From NCBI GenBank assembly GCA_963793425.1, contig CAWCAG010000005.1:1824001-1888000 (forward strand): a stretch of 64,000 bases of DNA, given 5' to 3'. This document shows, piece by piece, positions 1 through 10,500 of the stretch (positions within the stretch are counted from its first letter, which is position 1; every line of letters starts with the position of its first letter). Source of the stretch: an uncultured cyanobacterium (GTDB taxonomy: Bacteria; Cyanobacteriota; Cyanobacteriia; Cyanobacteriales; CAWCAG01). The translations under genes and the position numbers were made by a program. The notes beneath the pieces were generated by a model. That model was given only the letters and a program-made list of their open reading frames with translations, was not told the origin of the DNA and ran no database searches.

Positions 1-1392
1 CGATAGATGTTTAGAGCTTTGGTGTAAAATTCAATAGCCTCATGAAAATGACTAATTTTATCATAGTCCATGAGCTAGATTGAACAAAACCTCTACTTCT
101 TGAGACTCATCTTTCAGCTCTTCAAAAATTGGTAAACATAGTTCATAATAGTGAACAGATTGTTTGTATTGGTAAGTACACTGATAAGACTCTCCTAGAC
201 TTTTCAGTGCATAAACTTCCTCAGATAAATTGTTTATCTCTTTAGCGATGTTAAGTTGTAGTTGCCGATATTCTAATGCTTTGACATAATTCTTCTGCCT
301 ATACAAACAGGCTCCTAGCCATCCTAAAGCATTGCATTCTCTTTCTCTATTGCTAATCTTCCTAGCAAGATTTAATTGATATTCAAAATATGTTATGGCT
401 TTTTTGTACTTCTGAGAATAAAATTGAGCTATTCCAATACTCATTAGAGCAAAACATTGAGCCGGAAAATCATCAATATTTTGAGCTATTGACAAACGTT
501 GCTGATGACAATTTATAGATTGCTTATATTGCTCTATTAATCTGTAACTTTCACCTAAGTAACCAAGAGCATTGATTTCCTGAACAGAATCTCCAGTTTG
601 TTTACAAAAATTTAACCAAGCTTCAAAAGTTTCTATCGACCGTTGATATTGTTGTGAAGCTTGATAACTACGGCCTAGCCATTCTAAGATACTTTTTTCT
701 CCAGAGGTTTCTTGTGTTTCTCGTTTAATTTCTAATGCCTGTTGGTAAAATTCAGCAGCTTTTAAATACTGCTTTAAGCCAAAGTATCCACCAGCTATAC
801 TTTGCAAAGCCTGACCTTCATCTACTTGATTGCCAAACTCTCTAGTTATAGCTAACCATAGTAAGTAAACTTCAATAGAGCTTTGATATTCTCCTAAAGA
901 ATGCTTATTAAAACCTAAGCATCCTAAAGTATAGGCTTCACCAGCCTTGTCATTTAATTCTCTTACTACTGGGAGTCTTTGTTCATAAAACTCAGTAGCA
1001 TTCCGATATTGACCAAGAGTAGTATAGCTATCCCCCAAAGCGCATAGAGAATTAGATTCCCAAATACGATTATTAACCTCACGACTAATTACTAGCCATT
1101 GTTCAAAATAGTCAATAGCACGTTGATATTCTCCAAGCCCCTTATAGGAAAATCCAATATTTCCTAGTACTCCTCCTTCTGACTCACGGTCTAAAAGTTC
1201 TTTTGTAATGTTTAATTGTTGCTCAAAATATCCAATTGCCTGTTGATATTTCCCTAAAGAGTTTAAACAGCTTCCAATCATGTTAAGTGCCTGATTTTCA
1301 GACTGTTTGTTTTTAAGTTCTCTTGCAATTGATAGCTGTTGTTCAGCATATTCAATCGCTTTCTATAATTCTTCGGAGCGATTAACTGTCAT
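1..1392 (-). pseudogene. TPR-repeat protein, disrupted (in-frame TAG at codon 10; frameshift near 65-75); continues beyond window start
   Basis: ATG at 1392 reads MTVNRSEEL*KAIEYAEQQLSIARELKNKQSENQALN, in frame with ORF 61..1281 (about 40-aa TPR units). Past LFNLAHG the TPR pattern resumes in another frame (YDKISHFHEAIEFYTKALNIYR). Confidence 0.8.
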
Positions 1393-1864
1393 CCCTAGAC
1401 TCCATTGATACATCACTGATCTTGAGATTCTGGACTTGCCAGTTTTTCCCTACAATCTGTTCAGACTTTCCTTTGCTCTCACTTACCTGCTTTAGTTTTT
1501 CTAATTCAAAATTTTTAGCCCGTAATCCATTTATAAACATTTGGAAAGATGAAGACTGAGCCTGTACTTGATTCACTAAAGCTTGTAGCTGTTCTGCAAA
1601 TTCTGAGTCATCTTCCATTTGTCCAATAATTTCCGCTTCTAAGACTTTAATATTATGCTTTGTTGGATTTTTTTCAGCTCTTTTTAATAATCCTGAGCTA
1701 TTTACTTGTTCCAGCTTATTTTGAATAGATTTGCGTGCAGCTTTGATTATTGCTCCACTTTTCTCCAGAGTCGCTTCACCAAGTTTTTCACCTACCTTCT
1801 CTACTGCCTTGGGCAGAATTAGAGAAGTAATGGCTCCAGCAATTACCGATATAGGATCAACCAT
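1382..1864 (-). CDS. Hypothetical protein; helical Bell-like N-terminal domain plus C-terminal pseudo-repeat tail
   Basis: 160-aa ORF from MVDPISVIAGAI to DSEFAEQLQALV, then two 21-aa pseudo-repeats. The stop overlaps the start of the TPR gene. Confidence 0.7.
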   Translation of the reverse strand: MVDPISVIAGAITSLILPKAVEKVGEKLGEATLEKSGAIIKAARKSIQNKLEQVNSSGLLKRAEKNPTKHNIKVLEAEIIGQMEDDSEFAEQLQALVNQVQAQSSSFQMFINGLRAKNFELEKLKQVSESKGKSEQIVGKNWQVQNLKISDVSMESRDDS

Positions 1865-2210
1865 TGCTCTTTTTCTTTTTAATTATTGTGAAATGAGATA
1901 ACTATACTCAGCGTTATTTCTCAGACCAAGTAAGGTCTAGACTTTTTTCTCACTAAATACAAATAACCTTTGCAAAACAGCAACATAACTTGAATCTGCA
2001 TTAGCTTAAATGTATTGGCAACATTAGAAATCAACCCAAAATCTTTGACTACATTAGGGTAGCTGTAGCGCACCAAGAGAGGCTATTTCAGCCGATATTT
2101 GCTACCCACAACGTGAAGTTCAGACTTTATTCTTCTTTTTTATTTTAGCTTGAATCAGAGCTTTGGCCAGGATGCCTGGTTAAATATCCTGGGTAAAGCT
2201 AGCTTTGTTT

Positions 2211-4205
2211 TTAGATATTGGTTTTCAATACTACTGTTAAACCGTAGTTAAAACTTAGTAAGCGCAACCAGAGGGAAGGATAATTCTTTTCTAGATAGGG
2301 CTGTAAGCGCTTCAGCAAGCTAGGAAACCAACCTAGGAATAGCCAGCTAATTAGAGAATCGATGGTAAAAGAGAAATAAGTTCCTAACCAACGCAGTAAA
2401 TCTTTTGTACCCGCTTGTACCCAAATCCACCACAACAAACTAGGATTCATTTTTGCGGCTTTGAGAGCTAAGCGATTGAAGGTTAGCCAGTTGATTTTAT
2501 CTTTAATGAAAGTATCTGCTACTTCTGGAGGTTCATGAGCTAAAAGTCCGAAGAAAGTATTGAGCATTCCGTTAATGCGTTGGGGAGGTAAACTCTTTCC
2601 GGTGGGAACCATCATACCTTTAGAAAAAAGCCAGGTAACAGCGACATTACTCTGATAAGCGCGGATCTGATTCAAATCCTTGGTACTGAGTAAGTCATAT
2701 TTTAGGGCTGTATCAAGTAAATTGGTTAAGCGCCCTAAGTTGCGTACTAAGGAACCAAAGCCCGTAAATACCAAAGGAGACTGAAGAGAAGCCGCATCAC
2801 CAATAGCTAACAAACGATCAAAAGCAACCGTGCGATCGCGACTCCCTAAACTAAAATGTCCGGGAATGTAACCGAAAGTTGCCTTCTTCCAAACCAACTT
2901 TTCCAGGTCGCAACGGCGGTACTCCGGTAAAATTGTAAAGAAATCTTCATACATTTCTAATAAAGAGCCGGGGTTATCAGGATGGACTTGATGATAATGA
3001 AATAAATAGATAGTAAGTTCGTTGTTTGCTCCGGGAAATAACTCCCAAATTAATTGTCTTCCCCTAGAAATATCCCCGTGGGAATTCAAAACATCACCAT
3101 AGTCACTATCCCAAACTTCCGGCGCAAAACCGCTCTCTACTACTGCTCCTACCGTAGGACAAACACTATCAAAAGCACGAGTGCCATTAAGTTGCCAAGC
3201 AATCGGAGAAGCGCTGCCCATGGCATCTATCAATAAGCGTCCTTGGGCTTGTTTTGCTGTTTGTGTGGGTAAGTGAGTGAGTTGAATATTCACCTGATTC
3301 TCCCCCACCTCAGCCCGAACAAATTCCGTTTCATCCCAGATTTCTCCCCCCCTTTGACGCAATTTTTCCCCGCATAAATGCAGCAGTCGCTCTGAGTTGA
3401 GGGCAATATTTAAAACCGTAGGAGTGTGTAAAACTTTAGCTTGAAGATGAGTGGGAAGACTCTCATCAAAAAATTTATTAAAACCGTCTTTATATTCCTT
3501 GGCAATTAGACTTTCAAATTCTTCTTGAGTAAATAAACCCAAATTAATCAAGCTTTGAAACTCGCTCCGGGAAATATTCCATTCCCGATTCATTTTCCCA
3601 AAGGGCAACCGTTCTACTAATAGTACTTTATAGCCTAATTGCGCCATCACTGCGGCATGAATAACCCCTAAAGCTCCGCCGATGTAAATGAGGTCGTAGT
3701 TATGAGGAAGGGCTTGCTCAACAGGAGAAGCACGAAAGATGACTTGTTTCGGTTTTTGGGGTTTTCCGACATTCTCTCGCCAACTTTTTTCCCACCAATA
3801 AGCCCGTTGCAAATCGTATTCTCCATGGGGAATCTTTTGGAAAAATTTAACAGTTAGAGGATAGTAAGGTGCTAAGGCTTCAAAAATAGATTGTTCTGAT
3901 AAATTAATTTCCGGAGGAGCAGGATATTGACAAGGGAAATTAGTTCCTAGATCCGTAATCAAGCATCGACAAATTGTATGTTCTTGAGGAATTGAAGTTT
4001 CTCCCCAACGAAACATTTTCAAATAGGTAGTTCGTTGGACAGACCAAACAAAAATTGATAATTCTGATTCGGGAGAAAAGCATAAGCGAATACCATCAGA
4101 TGTTAAGATTTTTTTCCCCTGAGAAGGCTGCCATGTCTCCTGTAACCAATACCGTACAGCCGCTGTGTCTGGAGTAGGAACTTCTCTATAAAGAATTTCT
4201 TTCAT
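2211..4205 (-). CDS. cruA: FAD-dependent oxidoreductase, CruA-type lycopene cyclase
   Basis: YDLIYIGGALG FAD motif, MNREWNISR, GDAASLQSPLVFTGFGS. 664 aa with the long N-terminal extension typical of cyanobacterial CruA. Confidence 0.75.
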   Translation of the reverse strand: MKEILYREVPTPDTAAVRYWLQETWQPSQGKKILTSDGIRLCFSPESELSIFVWSVQRTTYLKMFRWGETSIPQEHTICRCLITDLGTNFPCQYPAPPEINLSEQSIFEALAPYYPLTVKFFQKIPHGEYDLQRAYWWEKSWRENVGKPQKPKQVIFRASPVEQALPHNYDLIYIGGALGVIHAAVMAQLGYKVLLVERLPFGKMNREWNISRSEFQSLINLGLFTQEEFESLIAKEYKDGFNKFFDESLPTHLQAKVLHTPTVLNIALNSERLLHLCGEKLRQRGGEIWDETEFVRAEVGENQVNIQLTHLPTQTAKQAQGRLLIDAMGSASPIAWQLNGTRAFDSVCPTVGAVVESGFAPEVWDSDYGDVLNSHGDISRGRQLIWELFPGANNELTIYLFHYHQVHPDNPGSLLEMYEDFFTILPEYRRCDLEKLVWKKATFGYIPGHFSLGSRDRTVAFDRLLAIGDAASLQSPLVFTGFGSLVRNLGRLTNLLDTALKYDLLSTKDLNQIRAYQSNVAVTWLFSKGMMVPTGKSLPPQRINGMLNTFFGLLAHEPPEVADTFIKDKINWLTFNRLALKAAKMNPSLLWWIWVQAGTKDLLRWLGTYFSFTIDSLISWLFLGWFPSLLKRLQPYLEKNYPSLWLRLLSFNYGLTVVLKTNI

Positions 4206-4364
4206 TTTAGGTACACAAATTAAAGGTTAAATACTCGCAATGGCTAGTTGACTTTAAGCCAAAGTACGCTACACTTCCCAAGTACTGAATAATTAAAATC
4301 GCTTTAAGAAAATTAACATTAAACTCATATTTGTAAACATTTTGGGCGTAAAGGTGACTCAACA

Positions 4365-4598
4365 ATGAATTATCCCATTCCAGCTAGTCCAGAAGAAATT
4401 ATTGCTCTGCGGCAGAACCCGATTGATGAAGAATTAATAGCTACTGCGATCGCAGGAGTAGTTAATATTGCTCGTTCCCAAGGAAAATCTTTAGATCAAC
4501 TAACAGCAGAGGTTCTCGAAGAAGATGCCCTCCTTGATCAAGTGCAACGTCGTTGGTTGAGTAATGTCGTAACTCAAGCCTGGCTAGAATTACCTTAA
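4365..4598 (+). CDS. Small hypothetical protein
   Basis: 77-aa ORF with ATG start and protein-like composition, divergent from cruA. Confidence 0.75.
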   Translation: MNYPIPASPEEIIALRQNPIDEELIATAIAGVVNIARSQGKSLDQLTAEVLEEDALLDQVQRRWLSNVVTQAWLELP

Positions 4599-4637
4599 GT
4601 TAAGTATGATTACTTATAGCCAACCAATTTATTTTTT

Positions 4638-4653
4638 TGTATCATAAGATACA
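4638..4653. promoter_or_regulatory. NtcA-binding site (TGTA-N8-TACA)
   Basis: TTGTATCATAAGATACAA is a near-perfect palindrome matching GTA-N8-TAC, with an upstream T-tract. Confidence 0.6.
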
Positions 4654-4810
4654 ACTTCTGATAGATAGCAAACAATCTAAACTTTTGGAAAAATAGAAAG
4701 GAAGTGTCTGCATCATCTGGGAAAAGTGTCCTGTTTGGGTTGCTAGTCCCGCCGCAAACATCTGTCATGACAAGTTTAGAAACATCCCATTAGTAAGGGT
4801 GAATTAAACC

Positions 4811-5026
4811 ATGAATATTACAAAAACCAACCTAAGAGATCAAGTTAGACAACTAGCAGAGCAAGCCTTTGAGAAGCACTTAGTTTCTGGTTATGGCGAC
4901 GGGCAGTATAGTAATGAATATCAGCTTGTTATCAATGGTAAACCAAGGCATTTTCCTTTAGAACATGCTTACGGAATATTAAATAATATCTTAAATACAG
5001 CGAGTGATGATTGGCGAATAGCTTAG
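4811..5026 (+). CDS. Small hypothetical protein
   Basis: 71-aa ORF with a purine-rich upstream segment, followed by a terminator-like hairpin. Confidence 0.65.
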   Translation: MNITKTNLRDQVRQLAEQAFEKHLVSGYGDGQYSNEYQLVINGKPRHFPLEHAYGILNNILNTASDDWRIA

Positions 5027-5080
5027 AGACTAGGTTTCGCTAGGGCTGTAGGGATTGAGAATTGGGCTAAATAATCAATT

Positions 5081-5121
5081 AAAAGCTATTGCTGAGGATA
5101 ATTCAGCAGTAGCCTTTTTTT
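5081..5121. terminator. Intrinsic terminator, possibly bidirectional
   Basis: AAAAGCTATTGCTGA-ggataat-TCAGCAGTAGC-CTTTTTTT between convergent genes. Confidence 0.7.
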
Positions 5122-5152
5122 CAGCAATCATATAGAACTTACGTCGTTCAAC

Positions 5153-5398
5153 CTAAGCTACTAACTCTTCTTCTGCATCCCAAACATCTTCTTGCAAAGA
5201 ATCTGCTTGTTGTACTTCAGCTTCCTCTTCCTCAACTAATTGCTTTTGCTCTGCTGCTAATTTCTCAGAAGATGTAGTTAGATTCACTTTAAAAACGCTA
5301 TTTTTGGGTACTGCATTAACAAAATCATCAAACATTCTATCTAGTTGCTGCGGTAAAGTAGCCATTTCTGAGAAAGGTTGCTAACGAAGTAATGTCAT
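5153..5398 (-). pseudogene. Small heat-shock protein (Hsp20/HspA-like) remnant: nonsense codon and loss of the alpha-crystallin domain
   Basis: AGAGGA RBS, then MTLLR*QPFSEMATLPQQLDRMFDD (TAG at 5381-5383 where W is expected), joined almost directly to the C-terminal VFKVNL motif. Confidence 0.7.
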
Positions 5399-5808
5399 AG
5401 TAATTCCTCTTTTTATTGCTTAATTCTTAGTTGTTATATTCCTATAATGAACTAGATAACTAAATCCAACATTGGGGAAACCGCCGAAAAAAAATACGGT
5501 TTTACCTACACCTTTTCTTATGTCTTAATCCCTACTTCCCACTCCCTACTCCCTTCCCCAACTAGCAACAGAATTTAAAGTTATATAACCTTTTCCAGAT
5601 TGAGCCAATAGCACTGAGGTAAACTAGCACTTGAACTCCGAAGTCCCTAGGGCATAGGGCTTAAAAGTTTCTCCTCAAGGAGACGCTTTGCGAACAGATA
5701 ATGTCTTCAATAGAAGAGTATCTGAAAAACCAATGCTTACTTATTCGCGGAACATTCCGAAGGAAAGAGGAGTGTAGGTATGCCAAAAAAATGGAGAACA
5801 CTCGGTAA

Positions 5809-6069
<261 letters not shown>

Positions 6070-6101
6070 TAGCAAATCCTCTTGAAATACCTTTAAAAAT
6101 C

Positions 6102-6133
6102 AAAAGAGAGAGCTAGTTGCCCTCTCTTTTTTT
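6102..6133. terminator. Intrinsic terminator after psaC
   Basis: AAAAGAGAGAGC-tagtt-GCCCTCTCTTTTTTT. Confidence 0.7.
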
Positions 6134-6194
6134 AAGAAGGGAGTAGGGAGTAGGGAACAGGTGAAAAACAGGTGACAGGTGATAGTCTAATTGC

Positions 6195-7259
6195 TCAGTA
6201 TGTCTCCTTAGCATCTTCTTTTTCCTTAATAAGCCAATAAGTCGTCATCTTCCCTTTACCTTTAATCTCCACTTCACCGCGTTTCTCAAACACATAGCGG
6301 TCGCGACAGAGTTTGTAAGTACTTTCAGTAACTTGAATTTTGCTAGAAACCCCTGAAGATTCCATACGGGAAGCCACATTAACCGTATCCCCCCAAAGAT
6401 CGTAAATAAACTTAGTCACCCCAATTACTCCCGCTACCACCGGCCCGCTGTGAATGCCGATACGAATGGTAAAATTTTCTTGCTTATGGTTAGGAATTTT
6501 AGCGATCGCCTTTTGCATATCTAAAGCCATAGCCGCGATCGCTTGGGCATGATCTGGCCTAGCCACAGGTAATCCTCCTGCTACCATATAAGCATCGCCA
6601 ATAGTTTTAATTTTTTCTAAGCCGTGTTTTTCGGCAAGTTGGTCGAACTGAGAAAAAATGGTATTGAGGACACTAACCAATTCTAAAGGAGAAATTTGAG
6701 CAGAAAAAGGTGTAAAACCAACAATATCAGCAAAAAGAACTGTAGCATTCTGGAAACGTTCAGCCAAAGAACCTTGATACTCTTTTAACTGTTCAGCGAT
6801 CGCTTTTGGTAGAATATGTAGCAATAAACGCTCAGATTTTTCTCTTTCACAGCTTAATTGTTCATTAGTTCGCTTCAGTTGTTGAATTAATTGGTACTGC
6901 CGCAACCCTACCCTAACCCTAGCCAATAGTTCACTAGGATCAATAGGCTTAGCCAAAAACTCATCAGCCCCAGCATCTAACCCCTGTACGCGATGGTTTA
7001 CCGACTCCTGGGAAGTAAGTAGAATAAAAAAAGCACTGCTTAAACTATCGCTAGCTTTCACCTGACGACAGACTTCCATACCATCCACAACTGGCATAAT
7101 CCAATCACAAATAATTACCCCTGGCTGCAACTTTTCTGCCAATTGGAGTCCTTCCGCACCGTTTTCAGCTACAGCGACATCATATCCTTCTCTTTCCAAA
7201 TCTCTTTTGAGAAATAGCCGCGTCACTCGATCGTCTTCGACTACGAGAATTTTTGACAT
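6195..7259 (-). CDS. Response regulator receiver-class III adenylate cyclase
   Basis: REC domain (ILVVEDD, CDWIMP, AKP) plus cyclase motifs FADIVGFT, KIKTIGDAYM and YDLWGDTVNVASRMES (K/D residues of ATP-specific type). Confidence 0.92.
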   Translation of the reverse strand: MSKILVVEDDRVTRLFLKRDLEREGYDVAVAENGAEGLQLAEKLQPGVIICDWIMPVVDGMEVCRQVKASDSLSSAFFILLTSQESVNHRVQGLDAGADEFLAKPIDPSELLARVRVGLRQYQLIQQLKRTNEQLSCEREKSERLLLHILPKAIAEQLKEYQGSLAERFQNATVLFADIVGFTPFSAQISPLELVSVLNTIFSQFDQLAEKHGLEKIKTIGDAYMVAGGLPVARPDHAQAIAAMALDMQKAIAKIPNHKQENFTIRIGIHSGPVVAGVIGVTKFIYDLWGDTVNVASRMESSGVSSKIQVTESTYKLCRDRYVFEKRGEVEIKGKGKMTTYWLIKEKEDAKETY

Positions 7260-7526
7260 AGTTACCAGTTGGTGGGTGGGGAATTAGATTGCGGTTTGTC
7301 TCTACTGCAAAATCTAAGTCTTATATTTTTCTTTCTTTGTAGTCTTTATCCGGATTAAATTAAATTTTGTGAGTCTACATCTACTTGTCATAGCTATTAA
7401 TTGAAATAGATGTTATTAGACAATCAAACCTTTTAATTCAAGCCGAAACTGACCACAATATCTAAATAAGCTGAAGATGCACCCACTAGATATCATTACA
7501 TTACTATTATGGCTTAAGCAAATAGA

Positions 7527-10500
7527 TCAAAATGTTTTCACGAAAATCTGTACCTGCTCAAAAACTTGCTCTAGCCCCATAATAAGTTCTGGCGCTTTTT
7601 GTAATTTTTGATTGCGGGCTTCTGTTTCTAATTGAAGAGCTAATTCTGGCATTGATATTATGGCTACCATCGCTGCTGCGCCTTTGAGTTGATGAGCATT
7701 GATAGCCAAATTCTCAAAATCCCTTTCTTCTAAAGATTGCTTGATTTGGTACAAATAAATCGGAGCATCCTCCAAGAAAATTTGCATCATTTCTTGCTGG
7801 AACTCTTTACTACCCCGCGATATTTCTTCAAGACGAACCAGATTAAAAGGAGTTTCATGAGCTACCCTTACCTGAGTAATTGTTGCTGTTTGGAGCGCTT
7901 TTTGCCCTGAATTATGGTAAGCAGAAACTAGTTGAGGAGATGAACAATGAGCTTCTCCTAAAACCAACTTGGGTGAAGTTTTTTTCTTACTGATTTGAGG
8001 ACACCAGCGATCAATCACGCTGGCAAGCATTTCTAGGGTGATGGGCTTACTGATGTAATCATCCATCCCCCACTCCAAACACTTTTCTTTTTCTCCTTTC
8101 ATGGCATTAGCCGTAATCGCAATTACCGTAGTATGACGAGATATGCCCTCTTTTTCCCGTATTGCTTGGGTTGTTTTATAGCCATCAAGAATAGGCATTA
8201 AACAGTCCATAAACACAAGATCATAGTTTTGCTCAGATAATCTTTCTAGGGCAGCTTGACCATCTTCGGCACAGTCAGCTTGATAACCTAACATCTCAAA
8301 TTGAGATAGTAAAACTTTTCGGTTAGTGGGAGTATCTTCAACTAAGAGAATTTTGAGATGAGGATTTTGGGGAGGATGAATAGGCGGTTTGTGACGATAG
8401 GTAAAAGGAGAGGGAGAAGTAGGTTTATTCTTGAGGTAGAAAGTATTGGTGAGACAATCTAATAATTGAGAAGCTCTGATTGGTTTGAGTAAATAATCAG
8501 AAGCACCTTGCCAAAGTAGATTTTTCACTTCTTTGTGCTGGCGGATAGAAACCATCACAATCCATTTAACATTCTTCAAAACAGGGTCATACCTAATAAG
8601 TTGACCGAGAGTTTCGCCATTAATCTGGGGACTTTGCAAATCTACAAGGGCCACATCATAGGGCTTACTATCTAAAGCTGCTTTACGGAGTATAGAAATG
8701 GCAGCTTGGGTACTTTGGACTTCTTCAACTTGAATATTATAAGACTCTAAACAACTCTGAATTACTTGATAGCTAGTGGTATTGTTATCCACCACCAATA
8801 GTTTTAAACCATCTAGATGTTGTTCTCGCAAAGCCTTTAAATTAACTTGTGGTGTCTGTTTAGTGAACTGAACAGTAAACCAAAAAGTTGTACCTTGGCC
8901 TGATGCACTTTGAACACCAATTTCCCCTCCCATCAATTCAACTAATTGTTGACAAATTACTAATCCTAAACCTGTACCGCCATGGGTACGGGTTGTGGAA
9001 GTATCAATTTGAGAAAACGCTTGAAAAAGTTTCTTTTGCTCAGATTTAGAAATACCAATACCTGTATCCTTAACCTCAAAGCGCAATTTAATATGTTGAC
9101 GACTTTCTATCACAGGAGAAACACGAATGATCACTTCTCCTTTTTCAGTAAACTTAATACCGTTGCTTACCAAGTTAGTGAGAATTTGACGCAAGCGCCG
9201 GCCATCTCCTTTTAATTCTAAAGAGACATCACTTTCAATTAAAGTAAATACTCCTAAACCTTTGGTTTGAGCCTCTGCTGACAATAAATCTACTACTTCT
9301 TCTACACAGTTGCTTAGGTTGAAGTCTAGGGTTTCAATGTTCATTTCTCCAGCTTCTAGCTTGGAAAGGTCAAGAATATCGTTAATAATTAAGAGGAGAT
9401 TTTTAGCACTTTCGCTAATAGTTTGGACAAAATTAAGTTGTTGAGCATTCAGGGGAGTTTCTAATAACAAATCTGTCATTCCCAAAACCCCATTCATGGG
9501 AGTACGGATTTCATGACTCATATTGGCTAGAAACTGAGATTTCATTCGCGAGGCTTCTAAAGCAGTTTCTCTAGCTTCTACCAATTCGTTGATTTGGTGG
9601 GAAACTATCACAACACCACCAATGCTACCGTCAGGAGTGTACCAAGGATGTAGAGCCGAACGCAGATATAGTACACTACCATCAGCACGCTGCCAAATAT
9701 CTTCAGGGTAAGAGATGGACTCTCCTTTGAGTACTTTTTGCAAGTCTTCTTTCCAACTTTCAAGAAGATCAGGAAAAACTTCATAGTGACTACGACCTCG
9801 CAGATCTGCATCTCCTAAGTTATAATCTTGCAGCAACTTGTTACTGTAAGCTATGTAGCGCATTTGAGTATCTAACATTGCCATTGCTACTGGTGCTTGA
9901 GTAATAATCTCTCTAAGCTGCTGGCGTTCTTGTTCTAAGACAGATTCATATTGCTTCCGTGTGGTAATATCTTCGGCAATTCCGGCGATGCGATAAATTT
10001 CCCCAGCCTGATTTTTGACCGGAAAAGCGCGATCATGAATCCAGCAAGTTGTTCCGTCTGGGCGGAGAATGCGAAACTCTTGGTCATAATCTCCGTTTAC
10101 ACTGTGTAATTTAATAGCACTCTGAACTCTTTGTTTGTCTTCAGGGTGAATAAATTCTTGAAAAGATTGGGATGTAGTTAGTTTAGTGTTGCAACCACAA
10201 CCCCAAATTTTATCGCATTTGGGACTAACATAAATAGTCTCTTTAGTTTGAGCATCAACCATCCAGAAAACTTCTTCTAAGTTTTCTGCTAGTTGACGGA
10301 ACTTCTCTTCACTTTCTTGCAAAGCTTCTTGGGCTAGTTTACGTTCAGTAATATCTGCTTGAACCCCGATGTAGTGAGTTAGGTTTCCTAATTCGTCTTT
10401 CACCGGAGAAATGTAAAGATCATTCCAAAATAAGCTACCATCTTTGCGATAGTTACGCAGAACAACGTTACATTCTTTGCCTTCTCTCAAAGCCCCTCGT

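Noticed and set aside
5670..5695. TCTCCTCAAGGAGACGCTTTGCGAAC hairpin upstream of psaC, resembling a short dispersed repeat
   Set aside because: Single clear copy in this window, so repeat status cannot be shown here.
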